A DNA stretch of 64,000 nt from Microbotryum violaceum (Eukaryota). Each line of letters starts with the position of its first letter. Position 1 is the first letter of the stretch. The notes under the pieces are model-generated. The model worked only from the letters and a program-made list of their open reading frames with translations, did no database searches and was not told where the DNA came from. This document shows, in pieces, positions 24,435-38,379 of the stretch. Position numbers and translations under genes: made by a program. The stretch spans positions 1,426,001 through 1,490,000 of the forward strand of contig CDLV01000005.1 in NCBI GenBank assembly GCA_001244265.2, written 5' to 3'.

Positions 24435-27400
24435 ATGGACGCTATGGAGGGTACTTCCAAGTTCGTCTACGACCTTTCACCAACTCGAACGACTGCAAGT
24501 GCGTCCCCTGAATCGAGGACCCGGCCCATGTCGGCCGCGTTTCCAGCCCGTCCCGGCTCAGCTGCCTCGTCCGCTTCTGGACGGCTCGTCAATGAAGGTG
24601 GCGGTCGATCGTCCCCTTCGGGTAGCACCGACGATGAGGGTCGTCTACGGCACAAAGCCTCATCGAGATCATTACGATCACTCGCCAGCAATACGAGTGC
24701 AAGGGATAGGGCCCACACGAGTAGCTCGACCAAGTCAAGTACGTCGCGTCGCGTGCCGCCGCCCGTCGATGTCCGAAGCGACTCGTCGAACCGTGCTTCG
24801 GTGGCGCTCGACGACGACTTGACCCCTTCTATGGCCCAGGGCGAGTGGGCCTTTGCCTCGCGAGTGTCGTCTCGGAGTCTTCAACGGGATGGACGGGATG
24901 GGAACTTCCTGGTACCGACGACGCAACCTTTGCAACCTAGACCTAGCTCTCCGTCGAGTGCGTCCATCGCCACGACCTCTTCGTCGACTTCGGGAGGACC
25001 TTCGAGTCCGGCTCGATTGATGCCGAAATCTCCTCTGAGCGACCGCGACCCCCTCGACAACTTTCACTTTCTCAAACAAATGGGTATTACAGACGATCAT
25101 CCGAGCATGCACTTGACTCGGAAGCGGATCGACTCGCCCGTGCCTCCGGCCGGCAACCACCCCGACAGCCCTTCCACGCCATCGAGCCTTCGGAGCGAGC
25201 GCTTGCGAGAGGAGATCCAACGCACCGCCGAACGGTATCGTTGGCTCGGTGTCTCATCGGAACGAGTCAGTACGGATGGGACTGCGAGTTCGGGTTGCGC
25301 CGCGACCGGGGTTCGGGACTTGGGTTCGACATCGAGTCTGCCGCTTTACCCCGGAGCGCCTCCGCCCCTCCTTCGTTCAAGTAGTGGTGGAAGGAGGATG
25401 TCTTCCGACACCCCAAACTCGCCGTCGCTCGGCGCGAGTAGTAACTCGGTCAGCCACGTGCGGTCATCGAGTACGGACATGCCGGCCTCGCTACGAGGCG
25501 TGTTCCATACTTCACCATTTACATCGGCCTCGGCTTCGGCACCGGCGAGGTCCACGCCATCCAGTGTGTCCGCATTCGCCGGTCGCACCAATCTCGACAA
25601 CACATCCAGTTCCATCGCCCCCAGTGGAATGCCCTCCCTACCTAACCCCAAACCTCGACCACGCGAGTTGCGCGAATGGAATCAGGTCTGCCTGTTCTGG
25701 CAGCGCGAAAAAGCGAGCAGCGGCGTGTCAACCGTCGCCGGCGTCTTCAACAAGGCCAACAAGTTCGGCGACGTGCCCGCGGCGATGAAGCGCAAAATTA
25801 CCAAACGCGATTCGTCGCAATTGCTCAGTCCGGCCGAGGCGGTCATGTTTGGGTATGACGATCGGAGCAAAGATCGCGATCGGGAAAGGGAGAAGGAGAA
25901 GAAGGAGAAGGACAGAGAGAAGGAAAAGATCCGGAGTTTTGCAAATGGTGTGGATGTTGGCAAAAAGGACGGGTCGTGGAAGAAGGTCACGGCGCTGTTG
26001 AAAGAGGATGGGACGTTTCGGATACTGGGCGAGGTACGTGCTGTTGCCATCTGTCTGCAGCGGCGAGCCTGAATTCTTTGCTCACGGTCGCAACGTGTGT
26101 GTACAGGACAAGACCGTCATACGGACTGTCAATCTTGGAACGACGCCTCGGAGCGATGTTCGGCTTGTCGATCCCTCGCTGTTTGGGGCCTCGAACTGCA
26201 TCTCGATTCGCATGCAGTCGACCGTCACCCCGTTCCCGCCTTCGCCGTCCGGTATGAGCCATTCGAGCTCCTCGCTCGGCCTAGGGCTGTTGTCTTCGTC
26301 ATCCTCGTTCTCTTCGAGCCGACCCGTAGGGACGAACATGTCAGCTGATGCTGAAACGCTCTACCTACGGATGCCATCCATCGTCGCTACTCAGATTTGG
26401 CTCGGCATGGCCCATTGCTGCGCAATGCCTGATGTTGTTCAGGGCAATACGCTCGATTCGACGTACGAAGTTTGCGGTGGGCTGGGTATTGAAGAAGGCG
26501 TTGCAGGCGGGAATATGGGGTCCGAGGTAGATGGCGCTGGTGGTAGCAACGAAAGGGGTTTCCGCGTCTTCCGCAGCTTATCGCTCACCATCTGTGAGGG
26601 GCGGTCGATAGGGGAACCTGGGACGGAGAAACTGCGAGCGACGCCGGGTACCGAACACGATACCTCCTTGTCCGAGATGTTCGCTGGGTCCGAATCGACG
26701 GCCTCCCCTATCAAGGGCAGTGCATCCTCCACGGCCAGCTCGATTCAACGGATACCGGGCCGGACGGGTCAAGGGTGGCATGAGAGTAACAAGGACGCGG
26801 ACAGCTCGCCTGACACGTATTGCGAGATCATCATTAATGATGAGGTCATGGCTAAGACGACGCTGCGCAAGGGAACTGCATCACCGTTTTGGAACGAGTC
26901 GTTTACTTTCGAGTGAGTTTGTGGAAATGGCGTGTTTTGATTGAGCTGGTTGTTCTGGTCACTGATCCGTTTCGGTGTGTTGCAGACATCTGGCAGGTTT
27001 CTTCGAGCCCATCACGATTCGGGTTTTCCAGACACACAAGCACTCCAAGACGAGTCTCGTCGGGATTGCCACGGTTCGGATTGCCAACCTACCCCGCGGC
27101 GAGTTAATCGAGAATTGGTGGTGTCTTAAGCCGATCAGTTCCGACTCGCGCACCCGATCCTACGACACCGTTGGCGAGCTCAGTTTGAGCATTCGGGTTG
27201 GCGAGGAAGTGATCCTCCCCAGCAGCGGATACGGGGAGCTCCTCGACCTATTGAAGGACGACGAAGCGGCCGAGCTTGTGACCGATATCGCTTCGGAGTT
27301 CCCAGCTGAACTCGAAGAGATCGCCAAAATCATGCTCAATATCTATATCTCACAAGATCTGCTGCTACCGCGGATCTTCAAGCTCGCCGATCTCGAAGTG

Positions 27401-29732
27401 GAGAAGGGTGCACAGTCCGCGGCGATCCTCTTCCGGGGAAATTCGATCTTGACCAAGGTGATCGAGATGTACATGCGCAAGATTGGGGTCGACTATCTCG
27501 AGGCTTCGATCGGCGAACCGATTCGGAAGCTCTATAGCGACAAGGTTGAGATTGAGATTGATCCGAGTCGACTCAAGCCGGGTACGAAGGAGAAGGAGAT
27601 CCAGGCCAACATCAATGATTTGTTGCAGTGGGCGATGACCACGTGGAACTCGATTTATGAGGCGAGGGAGCGGTGTCCGCAGTAAGTCACATTTATGTTG
27701 TCAAGTGTGGGAGGATCGCGAGGTGGTACTGACATGCCGGGAATGTTGAAACAGGGATCTGCGGCAGATCTTCTCTCACATACAAAAGATCGTGGGCGAC
27801 CGGTACGGCGAAGATCACAAGAACACGCGCTGGACCTCCGTCAGCGCCTTCATCTTCTTGCGCTTCTTCGTGCCGGCTATTCTCAATCCGCGACTGTTTG
27901 GTCTCGTGTCGGCTGCACCGGATCCGAAGTCGCAGCGCACGCTCACCCTCGTCGCCAAGACATTGCAAGGGTTGGCCAACTTTTCATCGTTTGGACAGAA
28001 AGAACCTTGGATGCTGCCGATGAACACGTTCGTGCAGGACAACACGTCGGCATTCGTCGATTTCATCGAGCACATTTCGCGGCACTCGGCTTTGGATCCA
28101 GCCGTGGCGAAGCAGGAATGGACGTCGTCAGCTGCATCGGTCTATGCTGCACCCAACGACTTGCGTGATGCGCTCTCGCCTCTGGCTCGCGATGGGGTCC
28201 CGACCTTGCCTCATCTGATCGATTTGCCGCGCAATCTCGGGCTGCTTGCGTCGAACGTGAACCGAATCATCGTCGAAAAGGCGCACTCACTGGGCGGTGA
28301 GAATGGCAAAAGTGCTGATCCGTCGGTCGCGTCTCGGGGACCTGTGCGCTCGCCAGGTTTCTCGACCTTCATCGAAGCCTGCGCCGATGTCTGCGATACG
28401 GCTAGGCGGCGTAGTACAGGGATGATCTGGCCCATCCAAGGAATGCTACCCATCGTCAAGCCTGACTTCCAGACGAGGGCGCAGCCAACGATCGTCCAGG
28501 TCGCCGCCGCCGCCGCGCCGCCGTCGCTCGTGTCGGCGCCGTTCGCCCATGACTCAGGTCCACGACCGACCACGAACCGGATCGAACGATCGCAGACGCT
28601 GTCTTCCACCATTTCGCCGCGCTCGAACTCGAACAAAGCTACTCGATCTCTTTCCGGCGCAGAGGCAGAGGATGCTGACGGCCCTGCTGAGATCCACATC
28701 CGCGCCAAGACTAAGCCGCTGGTCCACTCCCCGAATGGCTCAATTGCGTCGCGCCGTAGTACTCGAAGCAACACGTTCTCGGGTGAATCGCCGCGCGCGG
28801 GAATGACGGTGGGTACGGTCTTCAATGCGCACGACGGCTACACGGCGGCCGAGCTGAGCTTTGCTCGATCGCACGGGATCGTCGTCGCCGATAGCCCTTT
28901 CGCGGACGTACCCAGCAGAACGAACGAGAAGAGTCCTCGACTTGATTCGGCGGAGAACGACGTGTTTGGTGGTCCCCAGTCTAGTCGAGGGCCACCGGTC
29001 ACGTTTGCTCGCCGGCATCGGCACTCGTCCTCGGTCGAAGGCGGGTCGATGCCGCCACATGCCGAGCTCGACGAGCGCGAACCACCGCCGGCGAGTGCGA
29101 GCACAAGTTTTGCAGGGTTCGTACCCATCGAGGATTATGATGACTCGTCGCGAGCTATGGCCGATGACATCCTCGATTCGTACGCCTTCCCCGCTCGCAC
29201 TCCCCTGGCTGTGTTTACCACAGCTGGGGAGGAGTCGAACCCCGCATTAACCGAATCGGCGACCCTGTCAATCCGCGCCGTTGAAACGTCGTCCCTCGAT
29301 CACACGCCCACCTCGGCATCGTCGTCGTCGTCTCCAAGCGTCACCAGCGAGCACCCCGTGGACGATACCTCGTCGCTATTCTCCGTCGGAGCCGCATCGA
29401 ACGAACGGGGGGGTGAGATGACCCCTCAAATGAGACGAGGCTCGATGCAATACAGCTCGTCAAGCAAGGACTCGTCGTCTTCCCCCTTCTCGTTCGGCAA
29501 GTCCGTCCCCATGGCGCAATCTTTGTCGGCGCATTCATACGCCTCCACAACGAGCGATACGTCGAACGTCTCGGATCCGAAAGGAAGTAGTGCCGCTCGG
29601 AGAGGCTCGCTCAATCTCGATAAGATGATTGGCGAAAGTCGAGCGGGACAGAGGAGGAAGAAAGGTCTGTGGGGTCTCGGTGCTTCATTGTCGAGTTCGT
29701 CGAAGAGTTCAAAGAGTTCGACGGCATCATGA
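24435..29732 (+). CDS. Ras GTPase-activating protein with C2 and RasGAP domains (Bud2/Cla2-like); the true start may be in an upstream exon (ATG 23954)
   Basis: C2 segment YCEIIINDEVMAKTTLRKGTASPFWNESFTF; arginine finger LFRGNSILTK; SAFIFLRFFVPAILNPRLFGL; RTLTLVAKTLQGLAN. Confidence 0.93.
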
Positions 29733-30845
29733 GCGAATTTGATCGTTGACTAGATTCGGAAAGGGTTTCGGAAGTGGGTTCAGTTCATGGACAGGGGTTT
29801 AGGGTTTTACTTTTGTCTCCTGGAGAGTGGCTTTGCTGGTGTGGAATGGGTGGGAGACGATTTTATAATATGTCCTAGCAATTGCTTTTCTTCTTCTTTT
29901 GTTTCATCACATCATATGATCTACCCTATAGATGTTATGAGGCTTGTCAAATTGGCGGTGAGAGAGTGCTCGGAGCGCCACTAGGTTGCTTCAGCTCTTC
30001 TGATCTGCCTGGCACTCGCTTACCAGCTTCCGCTCGTCTAAATCATTACCTTGTCTCTAAAGGGTCATGACTGGTGGGTTTTGCGTTACCAATGCCCGGC
30101 CCCTGCGAACGGCCTCTGTCAGCTTGGGTGCCGGGCCATTATGTCAATCTAAGTCGATTTGGCACCGGCTACTATTCTCGGCGCTGACCACCCACGCCCC
30201 GGGTTCTCTTCTCCCCACCTTCGCAGAACTTGACGTGGCACCGTTCGACTAGTCAGAGCCAGAGGAGGCGTACGCATCAGTTTCATCGGTGAGTTAGGTT
30301 CATTTTACGAGCTGTACCGCTTCTCAGCGTACAGGGCATTTCTTCCCGTCGACTCGGCCGCCGCTGCCTCTGCCTTGGCCCAAAGTGGGGCGACGATCGC
30401 GCGCTTACCGATCGCTGACGATTCCCGTACACGGCCACGGATACGGCTTGTTAACAGTTTCATCCTCCACGAGCATCGACTCTACGACGCGGGCTGAAGC
30501 TGGGCTGACTTGAACCTGATAGAGAGTTACAACGTCAAGCAGTGACGACACCGGAACCATTGGCAGCAGCTCCCCCGCGGCGCTCGGTCTATGACCACGA
30601 TCGTCGCACCATTTGGACTCAAGTCAAGAATCGCCCGTACTTACTACTCACCTCCTCCGTGGGCTCAGTAACACAGCACGGCTAGGATACTCCGTCAACC
30701 CTTCCCCGCCCCGGCGTGAAGTACTACACCTACTTCGGCATCACACCCGGCTAGCGCTGTCCCAGACCGCGGTAGCTGCTGCTCTCCTTCCTCGGCATCT
30801 ACTTGCTGGTCAATCTGTGTAGTCCGACAAACCTACTATACGGAC

Positions 30846-33800
30846 ATGGACTCCGAGTCACCTCAAGCTTGGCTCCGAGACCAAAAGCTACAGATGGACC
30901 GCTCCTCTCGATCGCCTCGCGGATCATCCGCTTCATTTTCGCCTCCAGCTCCAGCTCACACCGGCCCGGTGCCCGAAGGCGGCGAATCCCGTGAAGGTAA
31001 AGCCGATGACGCCCCAATCGCAGCTTTAACAGTTACCAAGAGAGTATCCGGTTTCGGTACAATTTTCTCCTCGGTCGCTGCACTCGCATCAGGCCTGCCA
31101 CCTTCGACCCCGGACCAGCAGCCGCCAAAATCGCTGTCGCCTCCACTTGCCTCCACTTCCGCCGCCGCCGCCGGTCCCAGTTCGGTCACAGCTGCACCAG
31201 GTCGAAGCGCCGTCTCGACGCACCAGATCCTGTCAAGCCCTTGCTTCGTTCATTCACATCTCGATCATTCCCTAGGTAGCGCTTCAGCGTCTCTGAGTCC
31301 CCCGCCTTCGGCTCGGGTCCAACTCAAGCATCGAACGACCGAGTTGGCGCAGCAAGTTCGGGATCGGATCGAGGTCGACCAAGAGGTCGTCCTTGTCGAT
31401 GGGGATGGTGAGGGTGGGGAAGGTGAGGAGGAAAGAGAGGATGGGGAAGGGGACGAAGGGAGGAGTTTGACGAGGCAGTTGGCTGAGACCGCTGTTTCGG
31501 TCAGGCAGATGAGCAAGCAGTTGGGTGGGTCGATTCTCTCGACGCGCCTTTGGTTCGGGGAGTCGGTGTTTGCTCATGCGTCGTGCTTGTCATCGACCCA
31601 GGGCGTGCTCGCGTGGTCTCGCATATTCAATCGGTGCTCATCATCACCAAGGTATGAACCTTGGTTGATCTCGCGTGACTTGAACCTTTCGCTGATCAGT
31701 AAGATCGTCCACTAGGCGCGCGACAACCACTTGATCCGTCTAACGCGGGAACTTGCCCTCTTCTTGATGGAAACCCCACGTAGTGGTCGGGATCGTGGAC
31801 TCATCGTGTGCGTCTCGATACCTCGTCAAACTTGCTTGCCCATGTGCAGAAGTTGCTAATTGTAGTATGTGTTTCCACAGTTACGTCGATAGCCAATTAC
31901 GCAAGTCGAAACGCTTCGATGCCGAAGGGATGGAGCGGTCGAACCCCGATTTGTTCCGCCCTTTACAACGGCGATACTCCCGCACGTCATCGTCTGCTTC
32001 ACTAGCTACAACCGGTCCGAATGGCTCGGGCTCGAATGAAACGCCTCTCAAGCGCATGACACCTTTGAGTCAGCTCAACGATGCGATGAGACGATCGGGC
32101 GAATCCGGGTCCAGCTATCGGCGCGAACCGAGCTGGAATAACTCGACAGCGTCGTTGAATTACCAGACCGAGGAGGGGCAGTTGAGGTATTGGACGAACG
32201 AGATGTGTTCCAAGAGCCCGCATTTATTTGATTTCGTCATCACGGTGAGTGATGTTGACGGGGAAGGTTTTGATCCAGAAAACTGAAAATTTGCCTGATC
32301 GCTCCTGCAGCTTGGAGGAGACGGGACCGTTCTTTATGCGTCGTGGCTCTTTCAACACGTCGTCCCACCCATCATTCCCTTTGCATTGGGTTCCCTCGGT
32401 TTCCTCACCAACTTTGATTTCTCCAACTATGCGTACACACTAAACCACGCCATCGACCACGGCATACGCGTGAACCTGCGCATGCGTTTCACCTGCACCG
32501 TTTACCGCGCGATCGAGGACGAATCGTGCAAACAACGTCGCGCGGTACGAAGTGGGAAAACGGGAGGGATCTACATGAGCAATTTGAGTAAAGATGGGTG
32601 GGAGGCGATTGAGAGTGGGGGTGTTGATCAGGCGAGGGAGAGGATCAATAGGGCTGATAAAGGGGGCAAGAAGACGAGGGATAAGGAGATCAAATGCTTT
32701 GTTACCAGACCGGCGGAGTCGTTCGAGGTTTTGGTGAGTCGGGTTGAGCGGATGGGATGAGAGATCAAGGCTGATCAAACTCACGTGTGTTTCACAGAAT
32801 GATCTTGTGGTTGATCGAGGACCGTCGCCTTACGTCTCTTTGCTTGAACTCTTCGGAGACGAGCACCACATGACGACTGTCCAGGCCGATGGGCTAACGG
32901 TCTCCACACCGACAGGCTCAACGGCTTACTCTGTATGTTCCATCGAGGCTCTCTCCGACTTTGATTGGAGCTCACTCTCTTACTCTGTCGCATCAGCTCT
33001 CTGCTGGAGGTTCGCTCGTCCATCCCGAGATCCCCGCGCTCCTTATCACACCCATCTGTCCCCACACCCTCTCCTTCCGTCCCATGCTCCTCCCCGACAG
33101 TATGGAGTTGCGCATCTGCGTACCCTACAACTCGCGCAGTACAGCCTGGGCTTCGTTCGACGGTCGAGGACGCGTCGAGTTGCGTCAAGGTGATCATATC
33201 AAGGTCACGGCGTCGCAGTACCCCTTCCCCACCGTGTGCGCCGAGAATCAGTCGACGGATTGGTTCCAGGCCATTTCGAGGACACTCAAGTGGAATGAGA
33301 GGGAGAGGCAAAAGAGCTTCGTCGTTGTAGTGAGTTCGGGTGGATTTCTCCACTTTGATGTTTTCTTTTGGACGTTAACATCGCTCATGTTCGGGTACAT
33401 GACGTACTTGCAGGAAGAGAGTCGGAAGAAGGCATCCGCCGACGCTAACGAGAAAGCCGCTTCGACCGCACGGGCTGCTCGTAAAGCCGCGATAGAGAAA
33501 GCCCGCGCCAACTTTGGTGACGAAGAGGATGAAGTCGACGATGAGGAAGAGGACGACGACGAAGAGGAAGACGAAGTCGATACGATGGAGGAGGAATTTG
33601 ATATTGATGATATATCTTCCGAGAATCAGACGACGAGCTCGTCCCCCAACGTTACGGCGACCGATCCGACATCGACGATTCCGGCACTTAGTAGCTCACA
33701 CCGGCCAAGACCTGCTTCACGAGAGAGGGAACATTCCACTGCTTCGTCCGTCGCGGAGCTAAGGGACGACTATACCGAACGCTTCAAGGATCCTGCCCCT

Positions 33801-34245
33801 CGACCCCCAAAGCTATCAGCAAGACATTCCTTTAACCAAGTCCCGAGCGCTAAAGGTCCTTCGGGTAGCGCTTCTCCAACAGGTGCTCAAGGCCTGACGA
33901 TGGCGACAACGCGTCGTCGTGAGCGAGGCGAAGAAGGTGATCGCGATCATTTAAGGGAAAGCCTGAGTGTTAAACGTAATATTGGCGGTCAAGCAGCGAG
34001 AAGGTTCGGTGCGAGTTCAAGTCTGCTCAGTCCGACGAGTCAGTGTGCCGAAAAGACTTCGTCGAAGGGTGGGGACGAGGACGAGGACGGCGACTCGTCC
34101 AGGATGGAACGCGCTTTCGCTGTCGTTGGTGTTGATAGCGATACCTCTGCTGTGAGTCGGAAGCAACTCGACTGCGCATCCTTTAGGTGTAGTGCTGACT
34201 CGCGATTTCTCTTTCGTTTTTACGCAGAGCGAATCTGAACTTTGA
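30846..34245 (+). CDS. ATP-NAD kinase (Utr1/Yef1-like)
   Basis: LGGDGTVL, FALGSLGFLTNF, NDLVVDRG and [45 protein letters not shown]. Confidence 0.95.
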
Positions 34246-34946
34246 ACTGACACCTCTATAATATGTAGTACGATTGCTGAGCACTGTTGCCTAATTTATG
34301 AGAAAAGCAAGCACGAAACACTCGAGAAAACGACGAAGGGAAAGACCTGACCAAGCGTCAAGAGCGGACATGTATACCACGTGACAAAGTCTACTGACGA
34401 AGAGAAACGACGTGCTTGAGCAGCAGAAGAGATCACTCAGACGACGCCACATAGCCTGCTAGACTTCAATAGTCCAAGTCGGGATTCGGAATCATCTCAC
34501 AAATTCAACCAATGCTTGATTGCCTGAGTTCGGCGATCCTGGACGGAGAGGCGAAGAGGCGAAGAGGCGGCGAATTTCCGGAGACGTGCCAAATGGTACG
34601 AGATTGGTCGCTTACCGTTCCCCGCGCTCACCGCTTCACCGCCGAAGAAGACTAGTAGTTGCAGCAGGGCTAGAATGAAACCCGGAAGGGACCGTAGTGT
34701 AATGCGATGAAAAGAAAAAGCAAAGAAACAGAAGACAAAAGTACTACAGGGAGGATCGTTTTGCGAAGCGTAGCGCGTAGTCATGCGCGTAGCGCAAGCG
34801 TCAACCATCGCAGAGTGGTCGATCGTATCAGGAATACTAACAAGATCAAGTCTGACCTCCTAGGGACGAGCGAGCCGCTATCTACACAATCACCATGCAA
34901 TTCCTGTCCAGCCACCGAACGTGAGCGTCGCTCAGCCGGGCCCACT

Positions 34947-36633
34947 TCAGTCAACAAGAGCGAACCTGGACGACCCACCAGGTCCAAACTCGTCCTCAGA
35001 GTCGTATCCGTCTTCCGAGTCGTCACCGTCGAGATCGTCGCCGTAACCCCAGTGGTCAAAGCCTTGATAGCGGTACAAGTCGTCCTCGTCGTGGCCCCTC
35101 TCGGCGTAGTACAACTGCGCGTCCAGGTCCTCTTGTCGATAAGTGTCATCTTCGTCCTCCGAATCGGAGTCGGGATCCCTGACGACGAGATCGATCTTTT
35201 TATGGAATGCCAACAGCTCGAGACTTTCCATTTGCGCCGGGGTGAGGAAAGAGTCTTGAATAACAATCAAGCTCTTCAGCGTTGACTCGTGCATTGTGAT
35301 GAAATCCTCGACAGTGGAGTATCCGAAAAGCTCGCACATCCCGAGCTCAAGCTGCTTGATGGGGCAATCGTTGAAGACGGTCAGGACCGCAGGGTCATGA
35401 TCCGTCTCGAGGACGAGCGTATCGAGTTTGGGCAGCTTCCACGGTCGAAGGAGCCGCTCGCGTGGACCAAACCCACCCTCTGCGTCCCCTTCGGTTTGGG
35501 CACTGTCTAAGAGATCCGCGAATTCAAGAGCAAAACTGTCGAGATCGAGCACCTCCAACGTCGCTGACAGTTTCTCGACGGCCCGTCGCAGCGCGTCCCA
35601 CGTGATCTCCGTCGCATCGGATAGCGCAATAAGTTTAAGCGGGCCTTTGAATTCGTGGTTGGCGAAGCGCGTATCGAGCCAATACGCATTGTCAAGAGTG
35701 AAGCTCTCAAGGTACTTCAACTCGGCCAAAGCCCTGTACACGCATTCGGGACCGTCGTCCTCGTCATCTTCCGAGGTCGGCTCAAAGCCAAGGTGGAGAC
35801 GCTTCAAGTTCGGGAATGCGCCAAGCATCACTTCGAGCTCGTTGAAGGGTATCATCGAATTCGAGTCGCCGTAAAGAGTCAGGTCGATGATTTGAGGACC
35901 GACCCCTCCCTCTTCCAGCAATGAGCCCGGGAACGAGTCGACGACCGGAACCCTCCTCGGATCCGAAGGGCCATCATTTCTCGGAAAGTGGGCCAACAGG
36001 TCGAAATCGAGCGTCGTGAGTTTGGGAAGTTTCCGAAGGATCTCCTCGAAGAGCAAAGCCCTCGCTGTCGCGTATTGGTGCCAATACAAGGTGTCCTTGG
36101 ATCGGGGACAGATCCCTGCCGCAGCCAGGGCGTCGAGAACTTTGATGTAGTCGGCGGGCATGCTGCTCTTCTTCTTTGCGGGAACCGCGTTTCTCTTCCG
36201 ATGCACAACTTTCGCATCGGTCGAAGGATCGTGATGGTCGGCTTCGAGTTCGTCGTCGTCGTCGTCGTTGTCGTCATCGAGCTCGGTGTCCTCCCAGTTC
36301 GTATCGTCGCCTTCGTCATCCGGCCCTTGTGTGCAAAACTCATTGATCGAGAAGCTGAGACCTTCAATGTACTGCCCATGTCGAGGAATGATGGTCGTGT
36401 AAAAGTAGTAGATATCCGGAAGGGTCTTGGTGTCCATATGAACGGCCTGCATGGTCGATGGAGAGGGTAGAGAGGGGCTGCATGAGTGTTGGGTCCGAAG
36501 CGGTCGCATGAGAAACGGGACCTACGCTCCAAATAAAAGGCTGAGCCAGAGCGGCAAATTCCCTGTTGACGAGGGAGAGCTGGCACATCGTCCTGTGCAC
36601 TGGAACGCGAGCGTACCTCCCATCAAAGCTGCT

Positions 36634-36667
<34 letters not shown>

Positions 36668-36978
36668 TCAACTGGTTTCCGCTCCGGTATAATGGCTTTC
36701 GGCGGCATCTCGACCGACTTTCCTTTACTCGACGTATTGTTCTTGCTGACTTGCTTTACGTTCTCCTTCTCCTCTTCCACAACAACCTCCTCGACCGGGT
36801 CGTCATCGTCATCGTCATCATCATCCTCCTCATCTGCGAGCGCGGCTTCGCAATCGACCTCGTGCACCATCGCGACGATGATCGCCTTGAGTTCCGGTGG
36901 CAACGTGCCAAGTGAGGGTTTGGGTCGCTTCGTAGGGGACGAAGTAGAAGCTCCCGCTGAGCATTCCAGGTTGCTCAT
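34947..36978 (-). CDS. F-box-like / LRR (RNI-like) protein with acidic tracts (2 exons)
   Basis: N-terminal LGTLPPELKAIIVAMV...LSLVNREFAALAQPFIW resembles an F-box split by an acidic insert. LRR-like units LPKLTTLDFD, FPNLKRLHLG, LKYLESFTLD and LPKLDTLVLE follow. Confidence 0.75.
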
Positions 36979-37910
36979 CGTGGCGGAGATCTGTGGAAGA
37001 CAGAGCGAGTGCTGCAAGGCGACGAGTCAGTCGTCTTCCACGCGCGATGAGGCACAGGACCCGAATGAGGTATGCAGCATGAAACGCTAAGGCTCACGAT
37101 AGGCCCTAAAGAGTCACTTGGAACAGGAAGATACGGACCTGCAGCCCAGAGCGGACAGATGGGGGTTGAGAGAAGAAGCTGGCACGGCTGACTCGGTCGA
37201 GTGGGGCCGAAGTGAGCCGTCAAAATCGCACGCCCAAGTCCGAAACGTGACTTGGCACGATAGGGATGATAGGACATAGTATATAGGTCGGGCTTTCGGG
37301 GGTCCTCATAAGCCGCCCCCCCGCGCAGGAATTTCTTCCCAAGCCCGCTCCTCCAGCCTTGTCAGTTTCGCACTGCTTGCCGCTGCTGTACTAGTTCATC
37401 GCTGTGTACCTCTACCACCCTCCTGCCAAGGACCTTCCCCAGCGATCACGGAAGCACCCGCATCAGTCTCTGCCAGACTGCTTGGACAATAGCCCTCTGT
37501 GTACGCTGCTTCTTCAACTCTCTTTCAGTTGGATGGTTGACTAACTGCTTTTACCCCTGTCTGCAGCCCGCGCCCAACGCCTGCCAAGCGTGGCCGTGCC
37601 TCTCGTCATTGAGCACCGCGTCTTGCTCCAGAGCTAAGGTACATCGCCGTTCCTCTCCCGAGCTCTGCCCCAGGGTACTACTCCTACTCACAGCTGTCCT
37701 TGTTGGGCATGCTGACTTACTTGACTACCTCGCTACGCAGACAATCCTCATCCCCCAACGTGCCAGCGGCCCGGGTTGATTATCTCTGTTCGTACGCGAC
37801 GCGCTGTCCAAGCAAAGGTATCCCAAGTCTTCCCAGTTATCTGCAGTAATCCTAGATACTGATGGGCACCGCGCTGTCCAAGCAAAACCGTTACATTTTC
37901 TGGGTCAGAT

Positions 37911-38312
37911 ATGGAACGTGCAAACATGATGGTAGCTAAGATGGTGCAACTGTCATACGACGACGCGCTGAAGCTCCTGAAGCAGCACCCTGATATCGAG
38001 AAGCTAGTATTGACGCAAAGAAGGCCCAAGTCGGTCGAGAAGCACGTGGACTTCATGCAGTCACTTATCGAGATCATTGACAAGTATGGGGATGGAGTGT
38101 TGAAGTTTCATTGGAGGTGGGGCGAAAATGGATCCTGCACGTACTTCATATCATTCGATGTGCAGGAACTCAAACTCCCTGGCCCACCTGAAAAATTCTT
38201 GTCAGCGGTAACCAACTCGATGACAAGGGACCCCCCTGCTAAAAGGGTCTTTATGGCCCATACCCCAAGGAAGGAGGACTGGAAAGTCGGAATGTATGGA
38301 GACGGCAGATGA
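37911..38312 (+). CDS. Small orphan ORF (133 aa), possibly preceded by a spliced leader
   Basis: Open frame with natural amino-acid composition. Intron-like gtacgc..ctgcag (37501-37566) and gtacta..cgcag (about 37675-37740) lie upstream, with a TATA-like element near 37280. Confidence 0.45.
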   Translation: MERANMMVAKMVQLSYDDALKLLKQHPDIEKLVLTQRRPKSVEKHVDFMQSLIEIIDKYGDGVLKFHWRWGENGSCTYFISFDVQELKLPGPPEKFLSAVTNSMTRDPPAKRVFMAHTPRKEDWKVGMYGDGR

Positions 38313-38379
38313 TAGGAGTGTGGGAATGGTGTCGCGCATAGATCATGTCTGATCTGCAGGTTGACGTAAACCAGGATAC

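Noticed and set aside
29733-30845. Possible small gene or ncRNA upstream of the NAD kinase
   Set aside because: Only short ORFs and a splice-donor-like site consistent with a 5' UTR intron; no supportable RNA-gene structure.
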